33,416 bases of DNA, from NCBI GenBank assembly GCA_032718475.1, contig JAUCBJ010007682.1, positions 1 through 33,416 on the forward strand, in the 5' to 3' direction. Origin of the DNA: Nemertoderma westbladi. Lineage: Eukaryota; Animalia; Xenacoelomorpha. Below the pieces are notes generated by a model. It ran no database searches. It saw nothing but the letters and a program-made list of their open reading frames with translations, and was not told where the DNA came from. A program made the translations under genes and the position numbers. Every line of letters starts with the position of its first letter. The first letter of the stretch is position 1. Shown here piece after piece: positions 11,385 through 22,410 of this stretch.

Positions 11385-11543
11385 CCCTCCAGCAGCCAGG
11401 TTCCCATTACAGGTGGGATTGTTGAAGCTACAGTAATTCATTAGTGTTAACAGCTTAATGAAGACTGGGCTGTCCTTTTCTGGTGGTCGAACTCACATCC
11501 CGATTGGAAGACCAAAGCCACAACCGTCGGACAACCGGAAAGC
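11385..11543 (-). mobile_element. Possible degenerate tRNA-derived SINE
   Basis: Minus strand has a B-box-like GTGAGTTCGACC and a downstream CCCACCTGTAATGGGAACCTGGCT resembling SINE central domains; A box poorly preserved. Confidence 0.4.
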
Positions 11544-11959
11544 ATACATAGTACGGCCTATCTATACCTATAGGCTTCACGTATTACAGCGTTTTACAGT
11601 ACAGTAGTAACCTATGAGACATATTTTCGGATGTAATATAATTAATATAATTTAATATAATGCAATATAATTTTTACAGCGAGGAACATAAATGTAAGGC
11701 TTATTTTTGGTTTACTCATTAATTCAGATCGCTATTTAATTGATAATTTATTAAAGTTTAGACATCCTATGATAACGTTAACATCGCGATGGTTATCAGG
11801 TTGTTACTAACTTATTTTAAATCCTATAAACCAATATGGGCACATATTTACCATATGGGCACCATTAACGAGTTGTCTGCCCGTAGTCAGAAGTCTTCAA
11901 CACAATACTCGTCCTCTTCATTTGCCTCGTTGCGTTCGTTCGTTTTTTAACATAATTCA

Positions 11960-12125
11960 GATTATTTCTAAACTTTTGACGGACTACAAACATACAAAGT
12001 TTCGTTTAATTTCATTAAGGAATAACTGAGTTATTAGCGATCAAAAATTTACGACGACGACAGACAACTCGCCAATGGCACCCATATGCTAAGGCTTCGC
12101 TCACTTCGTGGCTCGCCCCACATTT
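11960..12125 (+). mobile_element. 3' part of the same Helentron/HINE-like family as 6290-8496
   Basis: Aligns with 8326-8496; ends in a small hairpin (TCAC-TTC-GTGG) then GCCCCACATTT. A third degraded end lies at about 32140-32176. Confidence 0.65.
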
Positions 12126-13237
12126 CTTAAGAGAACTATGTTATTCAGACTGAAACACGTAATGGTTCTAATTTAAGGAACATAGCTAATTTTTGTGGTA
12201 TCTCATTTTTTTTTTGTTGTCTTTCACTCAGTACAATAAACTCACACAATTACGCACCGTTAGTACCTTGTAATAATTGGAAACTAGATTTTTGTAGGGA
12301 ACTTATAGATATTCGAACTGGTAAATTGGAGGTTGTTAATTTTGATATGGATGAGTTGTCAGATATTTTGAAATATATACCTGTTAAATTTATTATAATT
12401 TACTGTTATTCCCCATAACCGGTCGTAGCTTACCTTATATCTAACATAATTATTGTGCTCTGTATGATAAAGTCTGTCTGTACTTATATTTGATAATGTA
12501 CGAATACAATAATAATAATAATAGTGGCAATATGACCACCATGCGCACTATTGATGACATTAGGTCACCACTTCACCACAAGAAGTAGCAATTCAAGAAT
12601 AAACAAACCCTGAGAAAAATCTTGTTCTGACTTACGCCATGCGGTAGGTATTTCCAATGTCTGCGGTCGTGAAATCATCACAGTCATGGCATGGCGCACG
12701 TAAGAATAGTACAGGTACTGTACAAGTTGTCCGAGATGAATTAAAATGGCATAATATTTACTTTCTCGTCCGTGCATATAGCTTATCGACCTCGCTCGCA
12801 CCGTTCGTTAGTGATCTCGGGACGACCGGTAAATAAAGTATATTTTATATGTTTTTATACTGTTTAGTTAAGAAAGAGTGATATTGGGGGAAGGGGAGAG
12901 GGGGAGAATCTCTAAAAATGGGTTGAGTATATAACTACAATTAATTGAGGATATTATTATACAATAAGTTGGTGGGATATTTGGGTTAATTTAAAGACAA
13001 AAATAACAACAAATGAAAGAAAACTAACTAACTAAAAGGTAGACCAAGCAATTAAAACATTAGAAAGCAGATTTCAAAATATTAACAAAATGGAAATTAT
13101 TAAACATTGTAACTGTTTAGCACTACTCTGTATTCAACTTGCTCATATTGGAAACATTCAACCTTGTTAAAAGTTTCACTTTAAAAACTAAGACAGAAAG
13201 GCGTTTATAGGAAGCTTCGTATGATACTGATTGTAGA

Positions 13238-13392
13238 CTAAACTTTGCCACAGTCCAGACATAGGAAGGTGAGATCCCCTTTGGTGTAGAAACGTTTGCC
13301 ACCCAGTGTGGTACTGCAGCTGATACAAATAAAGCAATCCTCGTGGAAATAATGTTGTTTCTCTTCGGGGTCTTTATATAACAAGGACTTCC
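13238..13392 (-). CDS. Terminal coding exon of multi-LIM (FHL-like) gene
   Basis: Acceptor TTGCAG; phase 1; translates (G)KSLLYKDPEEKQHYFHEDCFICISCSTTLGGKRFYTKGDLTFLCLDCGKV* with the LIM H-x2-C-x2-C-x2-C...C-x2-C pattern; stop TAG at 13240-13238. Not in the ORF track. Confidence 0.92.
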
Positions 13393-13416
13393 CTGCAATT
13401 AATATAGTATATGTAC

Positions 13417-16400
13417 TGTATAGTTAGTTAGTATAGTTGTATAGTTAGTTAGTATATAGTTGTATAGTTAGTTAGTATAGTTGTATAGTTAGTTAGTATA
13501 GTTGTATAGTTAGTTAGTATATAGTCGCATAGTTAGTTAGTATAGTTGTATAGTTAGTTAGTATATAGTTGTATAGTTAGTTAGTATAGTTGTATAGTTA
13601 GTTAGTATAGTTGTATAGTTAGTTAGTATATAGTTGTATAGTTAGTTAGTATATAGTTGTATAGTTAGTTAGTATAGTTGTATAGTTAGTTAGTATATAG
13701 TTGTATAGTTAGTTAGTATATAGTTGTATAGTTAGTTAGTATAGTTGTATAGTTAGTTAGTATAGTTGTATAGTTAGTTAGTATATAGTTGTATAGTTAG
13801 TTAGTATATAGTTGTATAGTTAGTTAGTATAGTTGTATAGTTAGTTAGTATAGTTGTATAGTTAGTTAGTATATAGTTGTATAGTTAGTTAGTATAGTTG
13901 TATAGTTAGTTAGTATAGTTAGTTAGTATAGTTGTATAGATAGTTAGTATATAGTTGTATAGTTAGTTAGTATATAGTTGTATAGTTAGTTAGTATATAG
14001 TTGTATAGTTAGTTAGTATAGTTGTATAGTTAGTTAGTATAGTTGTATAGTTAGTTAGTATATAGTTGTATAGTTAGTTAGTATAGTTGTATAGTTAGTT
14101 AGTATATAGTTGTATAGTTAGTTAGTATAGTTGTATAGTTAGTTAGTATATAGTTGTATAGTTAGTTAGTATATAGTTGTATAGTTAGTTAGTATAGTTG
14201 TATAGTTAGTTAGTATAGTTGTATAGTTAGTTAGTATATAGTTGTATAGTTAGTTAGTATATAGTTGTATAGTTAGTTAGTATAGTTGTATAGTTAGTTA
14301 GTATAGTTGTATAGTTAGTTAGTATATAGTTGTATAGTTAGTTAGTATAGTTGTATAGTTAGTTAGTATAGTTGTATAGTTATTTAGTATATAGTTGTAT
14401 AGTTAGTTAGTATTGTTGTATAGTTAGTTAGTATAGTTAGTTAGTATATAGTTGTATAGTTAGTTAGTATTTAGTTGTATAGTTAGTTAGTATATAGTTG
14501 TATAGTTAGTTAGTATATAGTTGTATAGTTAGTTAGTATAGTTGTATAGTTAGTTAGTATAGTTAGTTAGTATAGTTGTATAGTTAGTTAGTATAGTTGT
14601 ATAGTTAGTTAGTATATAGTTGTATAGTTAGTTAGTATATAGTTGTATAATTAGTGTAGTTGTATAGTTAGTTAGTATAGTTAGTTAGTATAGTTGTATA
14701 GTTAGTTAGTATATAGTTGTATAGTTAGTTAGTATAGTTGCATTGTTAGTTAGTGTAGTTAGTTAGTATAGTTATATAGTTAGTTAGTATAGTTGTATAG
14801 TTAGTTAGTATATAGTTGTATAGTTAGTTAGTATATAGTTGTATAGTTAGTTAGTATATAGTTGTATAGTTAGTGTAGTTGTATAGTTAGTTAGTATAGT
14901 TAGTTAGTATAGTTGTATAGTTAGTTAGTATATAGTTGTATAGTTAGTTAGTATAGTTGTATTGTTAGTTAGTGTAGTTAGTTAGTATAGTTATATAGTT
15001 AGTTAGTATATAGTTGTATAGTTAGTTAGTATAGTTCTATAGTTAGCTAGTATAGTTGTATAGTTAGTTAGTATATAGTTGTATAGTTAGTTAGTATATA
15101 GTTGTATAGTTAGTTAGTATATAGTTGTATAGTTAGTTAGTATATAGTTGTATAGTTAGTTAGTATAGTTGTATAGTTAGTTAGTATAGTTGTATAGTTA
15201 GTTAGTATATAGTTGTATAGTTAGTTAGTATAGTTGTATAGTTAGTTAGTATAGTTAGTTAGTATAGTTGTATAGATAGTTAGTATATAGTTGTATAGTT
15301 AGTTAGTATATAGTTGTATAGTTAGTTAGTATATAGTTGTATAGTTAGTTAGTATAGTTGTATAGTTAGTTAGTATAGTTGTATAGTTAGTTAGTATATA
15401 GTTGTATAGTTAGTTAGTATAGTTGTATAGTTAGTTAGTATATAGTTGTATAGTTAGTTAGTATAGTTGTATAGTTAGTTAGTATATAGTTGTATAGTTA
15501 GTTAGTATATAGTTGTATAGTTAGTTAGTATAGTTGTATAGTTAGTTAGTATAGTTGTATAGTTAGTTAGTATATAGTTGTATAGTTAGTTAGTATATAG
15601 TTGTATAGTTAGTTAGTATAGTTGTATAGTTAGTTAGTATAGTTGTATAGTTAGTTAGTATATAGTTGTATAGTTAGTTAGTATAGTTGTATAGTTAGTT
15701 AGTATAGTTGTATAGTTATTTAGTATATAGTTGTATAGTTAGTTAGTATTGTTGTATAGTTAGTTAGTATAGTTAGTTAGTATATAGTTGTATAGTTAGT
15801 TAGTATTTAGTTGTATAGTTAGTTAGTATATAGTTGTATAGTTAGTTAGTATATAGTTGTATAGTTAGTTAGTATAGTTGTATAGTTAGTTAGTATAGTT
15901 AGTTAGTATAGTTGTATAGTTAGTTAGTATAGTTGTATAGTTAGTTAGTATATAGTTGTATAGTTAGTTAGTATAGTTGTATAGTTAGTTAGTATATAGT
16001 TGTATAGTTAGTTAGTATATAGTTGTATAATTAGTGTAGTTGTATAGTTAGTTAGTATAGTTAGTTAGTATAGTTGTATAGTTAGTTAGTATATAGTTGT
16101 ATAGTTAGTTAGTATAGTTGCATTGTTAGTTAGTGTAGTTAGTTAGTATAGTTATATAGTTAGTTAGTATAGTTGTATAGTTAGTTAGTATATAGTTGTA
16201 TAGTTAGTTAGTATATAGTTGTATAGTTAGTTAGTATATAGTTGTATAGTTAGTGTAGTTGTATAGTTAGTTAGTATAGTTAGTTAGTATAGTTGTATAG
16301 TTAGTTAGTATATAGTTGTATAGTTAGTTAGTATAGTTGTATTGTTAGTTAGTGTAGTTATATAGTTAGTTAGTATATAGTTGTATAGTTATTTAGTATA

Positions 16401-18578
16401 GTTCTATAGTTAGCTAGTATAGTTGTATAGTTAGTCAGTATATAGTTGTATAGTTAGTTAGTATATAGTTGTATAGTTAGTTAGTATATAGTTGTATAGT
16501 TAGTTAGTATATAGTTGTATAGTTAGTTAGTATAGTTGTATAGTTAGTTAGTATAGTTGTATAGTTAGTTAGTATAGTTGTATAGTTAGTTAGTATAGTT
16601 GTATAGTTAGTTAGTATAGTTGTATAGTTAGTTAGTATAGTTGTATAGTTAGTTAGTATATACAGTAGTTGTATAGTTAGTTAGTATAGTTGTATAGTTA
16701 GTTAGTATAGTTGTATAGTTAGTTAGTATAGTTGTATAGTTAGTTAGTATAGTTGTATAGTTAGTTAGTATAGTTGTATAGTTAGTTAGTATAGTTGTAT
16801 AGTTAGTTAGTATATAGTTGTATAGTTAGTTAGTATATAGTTGTATAGTTAGTTAGTATAGTTGTATAGTTAGTTAGTATATAGTTGTATAGTTAGTTAG
16901 TATATAGTTGTATAGTTAGTTAGTATATAGTTGTATAGTTAGTTAGTATAGTTGTATAGTTAGTTAGTATAGTTAGTTAGTATAGTTGTATAGTTAGTTA
17001 GTATAGTTGTATAGTTAGTTAGTATATAGTTGTATAGTTAGTTAGTATATAGTTGTATAATTAGTTAGTATAGTTGTATAGTTAGTTAGTATATAGTTGT
17101 ATAGTTAGTTAGTATATATTTGTATAGTTAGTTAGTATATAGTTGTATAGTTAGTTAGTATATAGTTGTATAGTTAGTTAGTATAGTTGTATAGTTAGTT
17201 AGTATAGTTGTATAGTTAGTTAGTATATAGTTGTATAGTTAGTTAGTATAGTTGTATAGTTAGTTAGTATAGTTAGTTAGTATAGTTGTATAGATAGTTA
17301 GTATATAGTTGTATAGTTAGTTAGTATATAGTTGTATAGTTAGTTAGTATATAGTTGTATAGTTAGTTAGTATAGTTGTATAGTTAGTTAGTATAGTTGT
17401 ATAGTTAGTTAGTATATAGTTGTATAGTTAGTTAGTGTATAGTTGTATAGTTAGTTAGTATAGTTGTATAGTTAGTTAGTATATAGTTGTATAGTTAGTT
17501 AGTATAGTTGTATAGTTAGTTAGTATAGTTGTATAGTTAGTTAGTATATAGTTGTATAGTTAGTTAGTATAGTTGTATAGTTAGTTAGTATAGTTGTATA
17601 GTTAGTTAGTATATAGTTGTATAGTTAGTTAGTATAGTAGTATAGTTAGTTAGTATATAGTTGTATAGTTAGTTCGTATATAGTTGTATAGTTAGTTAGT
17701 ATAGTTGTATACTTAGTTAGTATAGTTGTATATTTAGTTAGTATAGTTGTATAGTTAGTTAGTATAGTAGTATAGTTAGTTAGTATATAGTTGTATAGTT
17801 AGTTAGTATATAGTTGTATAGTTAGTTAGTATAGTTGTATAGTTAGTTAGTATAGTTGTATAGTTAGTTAGTATAGTAGTATAGTTAGTTAGTATATAGT
17901 TGTATAGTTAGTTAGTATATAGTTGTATAGTTAGTTAGTATATAGTTGTATAGTTAGTTAGTATATAGTTGTATAGTTAGTTAGTATAGTTGTATAGTTA
18001 GTTAGTATATAGTTGTATAGTTAGTTAGTATAGTTGTATAGTTAGTTAGTATAGTTGTATAGTTAGTTAGTATAGTTGTATAGTTAGTTAGTATATAGTT
18101 GTATAGTTAGTTAGTATATAGTTGTATAGTTAGTTAGTATAGTTGTATAGTTAGTTAGTATATAGTTGTATAGTTAGTTAGTATAGTTGTATAGTTAGTT
18201 AGTATAGTTGTATAGTTAGTTAGTATAGTTGTATAGTTAGTTAGTATATAGTTGTATAGTTAGTTAGTGTATAGTTGTATAGTTAGTTAGTATAGTTGTA
18301 TAGTTAGTTAGTATATAGTTGTATAGTTAGTTAGTATAGTTGTATAGTTAGTTAGTATAGTTGTATAGTTAGTTAGTATATAGTTGTATAGTTAGTTAGT
18401 ATAGTTGTATAGTTAGTTAGTATAGTTGTATAGTTAGTTAGTATAGTTGTATAGTTAGTTAGTATATAGTTGTATAGTTAGTTAGTATAGTAGTATAGTT
18501 AGTTAGTATATAGTTGTATAGTTAGTTAGTATATAGTTGTATAGTTAGTTAGTGTATAGTTGTATAGTTAGTTAGTAT
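13417..18578. repeat. Intronic satellite, 21/23-bp unit TAGTTGTATAGTTAGTTAGTA(TA), roughly 235 units
   Basis: Directly visible tandem array; minus strand reads (TA)TACTAACTAACTATACAAC repeated. Confidence 0.99.
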
Positions 18579-20172
18579 TGTAAAAGCTTTTGCGGACATA
18601 ACAAGTCATTTTTCCCCGCAATGTACCGTGTAGGTGCTTTGGCGGACATAACAAGTCATTTTTGCCGCAATGCGCATAATACTCGAAAAGATTGGAGCTC
18701 AGGTGAATCTGTCAGCTGATTTCCTGTAGACGTGGAACCTCCTTGTTCTGCTCAGCCAATCAGAGCGATTTTCACTTTATTTCTGACAGAGGCCTACGGA
18801 AAACCGCGCAATGCATTACGGTCTTTGTTTACCTTTCTGAGCGAGAGAACTGCTTGGAAATCTTCTGTACTTCTGATTTTGGAAGTTTCAGACTTTGGCC
18901 TAAACATCTGATGGCTTTGATTACAAGAACGTAAATCTATTATCTGACTGCATATTGTCATATCAACCCATACTGTGCAGTTTGACACCTGCATACATAC
19001 TGACTTATGTAACACATACTGATTGTTCACCGCATTATTTACTTCTGTTATTAATTGTTGTTATATGGATATATTGCTGATATATTTGGATAATACCGAT
19101 GAATAATCATAAAACCCCCAATCTTCTTGATTACTGAAGGTTAGAGGAACAGGTTACCGGTAGCAACTGCGACTTACATTATAGTGGTTTTTGTGTGAAT
19201 TAAATGCTATTTCATAATCCCTACAAGTGTCAGTTGCGATCTTCCTTATATATGATCAAATTCAGTGACGGTCGGCAGATCAGTGTGCAGTAGTGTGAAG
19301 TAGTGTGCTCTCGGGGCAAATACCACACCCTGGTTTGCCATTCCACAGGGTGGGTGTCGCAATGGAGTCAGATATGAGGCCCATCACCCATATCTACTCT
19401 GGCGCACATGACCCACCATTGGCTGTTGCAGCTCATCTGCTGGGTCATGCCCTGTACCCTTGCTGCCAGGTGCAGGTCGCAGTGAAGTGCTCTCAGAGTG
19501 GACATGAGAACACTTTGCTCCTGACTAGCCATTGGTAGATCACCATCTGCCTGGTCAGGCCATATACCCCTGCAGCCAAGTATATGGGTCCTTAATCCAG
19601 GACCAAGGGCGTCCTTATCCCAGAATGAAGGGGGTCCTAGTTACAGGACCAGATTTGCCCTAGTAAGAGGGTCTATGCAGCTACAGGTGGCACCTCCTTT
19701 ATGCTGCATGGAGGTGGCAAGTTTTCTTGATCAATGACCTAGAATACCTGACCTGCGAGTAGTGTGAAGTCGTGTGCAGTAGTGTGACAGATAATAAAGC
19801 ATCTCCTAAAGAATGCGCTATTTACGAAACTCATTAGCCATCTAGTTGTGATTAGTATAAGTCATAACTCTGTTTTTATACTTAAAGCGCCACGTCCTAA
19901 AGGAACTGTTAATATTTCCCCGAAAGTGAATAATATTGTCAGAGATTATATAGTAACGATCAATCGAATAATACAGTAGGTCTGCACCGCAATCACTTCA
20001 AAGCACCCGAATCCAGTCTCCCTTAACTGTGGGTGAATGATCGCGCACAGACTGGCTTCGGCGGATGTAACTTCAGTACATTAAATAATTGGTCTAGGCT
20101 AAAGTCGATTTATAAATAAGAAGACAACTAAAATTGGCAGGTTAAACTGCTAAAGGTCTAAAAGCGCGAACA
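18579..20172. mobile_element. Solo LTR (TGT...ACA) with 5-bp TSD, inserted in the satellite
   Basis: AGTAT|TGTAAAAG...GCGAACA|AGTAT (TSD 18574-18578 and 20173-20177; removing the insert and one AGTAT restores the satellite unit exactly). Contains a 50-bp-period direct repeat (about 18588-18672), a CCAAT box near 18756 and AATAAA near 19793. A 5-bp TSD fits BEL/Pao, Copia or some Gypsy elements. Confidence 0.85.
19308..19757 (+). other. GC-rich, extensively self-complementary segment flanked by AGTAGTGTG direct repeats (candidate structured RNA insertion)
   Basis: At least 8 hairpins of 6-11 bp plus a long-range helix GGGCAAAT/ATTTGCCC; flanks AGTAGTGTG at 19299-19307 and 19758-19766. Confidence 0.55.
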
Positions 20173-21098
20173 AGTATAGTTGTATAGTTAGTTAGTATAT
20201 AGTTGTATAGTTAGTCAGTATAGTTGTATAGTTAGTTATTATAGTTGTATAGTTAGTTAGTATAGTTGTATAGTTAGTTAGTATATAGTTGTATAGTTAG
20301 TTAGTATATAGTTGTATAGTTAGTTAGTATAGTTGTATAGTTAGTTAGTATATAGTTGTATAGTTAGTTAGTATAGTTGTATAGTTAGTTAGTATAGTTG
20401 TATAGTTAGTTAGTATATAGTTGTATAGTTAGTTAGTATAGTAGTATATTTAGTTAGTATATAGTTGTATAGTTAGTTAGTATATAGTTGTATAGTTAGT
20501 TAGTATAGTTGTATAGTTAGTTAGTATAGTTGTATAGTTAGTTAGTATAGTAGTATATTTAGTTAGTATATAGTTGTATAGTTAGTTAGTATATAGTTGT
20601 ATAGTTAGTTAGTATAGTTGTATAGTTAGTTAGTATATAGTTGTATAGTTAGTTAGTATGTAGTTGTATAGTTAGTTAGTATATAGTTGTATAGTTAGTT
20701 AGTATATAGTTGTATAATTAGTTAGTATAGTTGTATAGTTAGTTAGTATATAGTTGTATAGTTAGTTAGTATAGTTGTATAGTTAGTTAGTATAGTTGTA
20801 TAGTTAATTAGTATAGTTGTATAGTTAGTTAGTATATAATTGTATAGTTAGTTAGTATAGTTGTATAGTTAGTTAGTATAGTTAGTTAGTATAATAGTTG
20901 TATAGTTAGTTAGTATAGTTGTATAGTTAGTTAGTATATAGTTGTATAGTTAGTTAGTATATAGTTGTATAGTTAGTTAGTATATAGTTGTATAGTTAGT
21001 TAATATATAGTTGTATAGTTAGTTAGTATAGTTAGTTAGTATAGTTAGTTAGTATATAGTTGTATAGTTAGTTAGTATATAGTTGTATAGTTAGTTAG
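20173..21098. repeat. Continuation of the 21/23-bp satellite, roughly 42 units
   Basis: Same unit as 13417-18578, in phase across the LTR insertion. Confidence 0.99.
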
Positions 21099-21224
21099 GA
21101 ATACAAGTTTCTTCAGTTCATCACATCAGAATATATTATTTTATTAATTAAATCACATTAAAATAATGTGAAATAGTGTAAATAAAATAAATCTAAAAAA
21201 CGTATTAAGTAAATAAATTGTAAA

Positions 21225-21865
21225 TAGTTTTTATTCCAAAATTGTAACATACTCAACGCCGTTAGTATTAACACCGAGTTGTTATTTAGCACTTTACAAC
21301 TTTAGAGGAAATTACAGCATGTATTGGCCTGTAGATTTAGTATTGTATTTGGTGTAATTTGGTGGTAACCCATGACGGACGGCGTTAAGTAATGTCCACT
21401 AATTGGACATTACTTAGCGCCGTCATTGGATACCACGTAAACAATAGGTGGAAATAGGTGGAAACAATAGGTAGGCCTACTGCATTACCAACCGGTAGGC
21501 GGGGTATAGCTATTAATAACCAGTAGGGCCTAGCTATATTATTATAACATGGCTCCAAACGCCACCATAAATATAAGCTAACTTATTTATAACATAATTT
21601 ATGTCATTTTTGCATTTATTTATACAGCAACTAATTTAATTTGTGCAGTTTCTATTACTTATAATGTATATGTACAATAATTTCGTAATGTTAAAATTTT
21701 GGAATAAAACTACATACAAACATGTTGCAAAGTACTTTACAGTGTTCTGATCCTCTTGGCTTTATTTTCACTCACTCACTAACGTTCGTTCGTGTAACAA
21801 AGCCACTCGGATCACCACACTGTAAAGTGCTACTTTACACACAAGTAAAGTATGTAAATAGTTAT
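21225..21865 (+). mobile_element. Non-autonomous element with a 25-bp inverted repeat pair and a long terminal hairpin
   Basis: TAGTTTTTATTCCAAAATTGTAACAT (21225-21250) vs ATGTTAAAATTTTGGAATAAAACTA (21688-21712); downstream hairpin 21735-21827; second copy at 9343-9849. Confidence 0.75.
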
Positions 21866-22154
21866 TATAGATTGATTTTACAGTATTTTACATTGATTTT
21901 AATTTGATTTGAATAATGATTATATTATTTGTTTTTTCTTATTATTTTTATATAACTTTTATTGTTATAATGATAGATTTCAGCGATTTTATCAATACCT
22001 GTATATGTTTTTTTTAATATATAGTCAGTTACATAGCTACTGTAGAAAGGGCTTCCCGGCACATGATACAATATAGTTGATACAAAAAAACACTTCCTTA
22101 TAAACGCAACTATAGAGTTTATACAGCAACCTACGCAAAAACGTTTATACCAAC

Positions 22155-22338
22155 CAGTAATGACAATCTGGCATTTGTCGCATGTGTGTGCGTAGGTTTT
22201 CAGATGACATTGGTTACAAATGAGTTTGTTTTCGTGGGTGAAGAAACTGCTCCCAGCGAGTATTTGGGAGCAATCGTCACAAAGAAAACAATCTTTATGG
22301 TAGGATTTATCGTTGTAAGTAACGCCCTCAGTGATTTG
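22155..22338 (-). CDS. Internal coding exon (184 nt, phase 0 to 1) of multi-LIM gene
   Basis: Acceptor CTTTCTTTATGTTGTAG, donor GTTGGT; translates QITEGVTYNDKSYHKDCFLCDDCSQILAGSSFFTHENKLICNQCHLKTYAHTCDKCQIVIT(G). Not in the ORF track; phases match both neighbours. Confidence 0.92.
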
Positions 22339-22410
22339 CTACAACATAAAGAAAGATAATTGATACAACGGTGGATGTTTGGTCGGTGGGTCTTTCTGTC
22401 TATCTGTCTG

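Noticed and set aside
13123-13398. 91-aa minus-strand ORF in the ORF track
   Set aside because: Wrong frame; the LIM-encoding frame is a different one and stops at 13238.
18783-18806. Hammerhead-like CTGACAGA...GGAAA in the LTR (retrozyme idea)
   Set aside because: Core spacing is not CUGANGA, and no convincing stems I and III or cleavage triplet.
19468-19680. Group I intron resemblance (TGCAGG/CCTGCAGCCAAG similar to the P4-P6 junction)
   Set aside because: Could not build canonical P3/P7/P8 with correct spacing or the conserved R and S elements; kept only as unexplained structure.
13417-21098. Satellite as a CRISPR array or telomeric repeat
   Set aside because: No unique spacers or cas genes; the unit contains TTAG but not TTAGG or TTAGGG, and it lies inside an intron.
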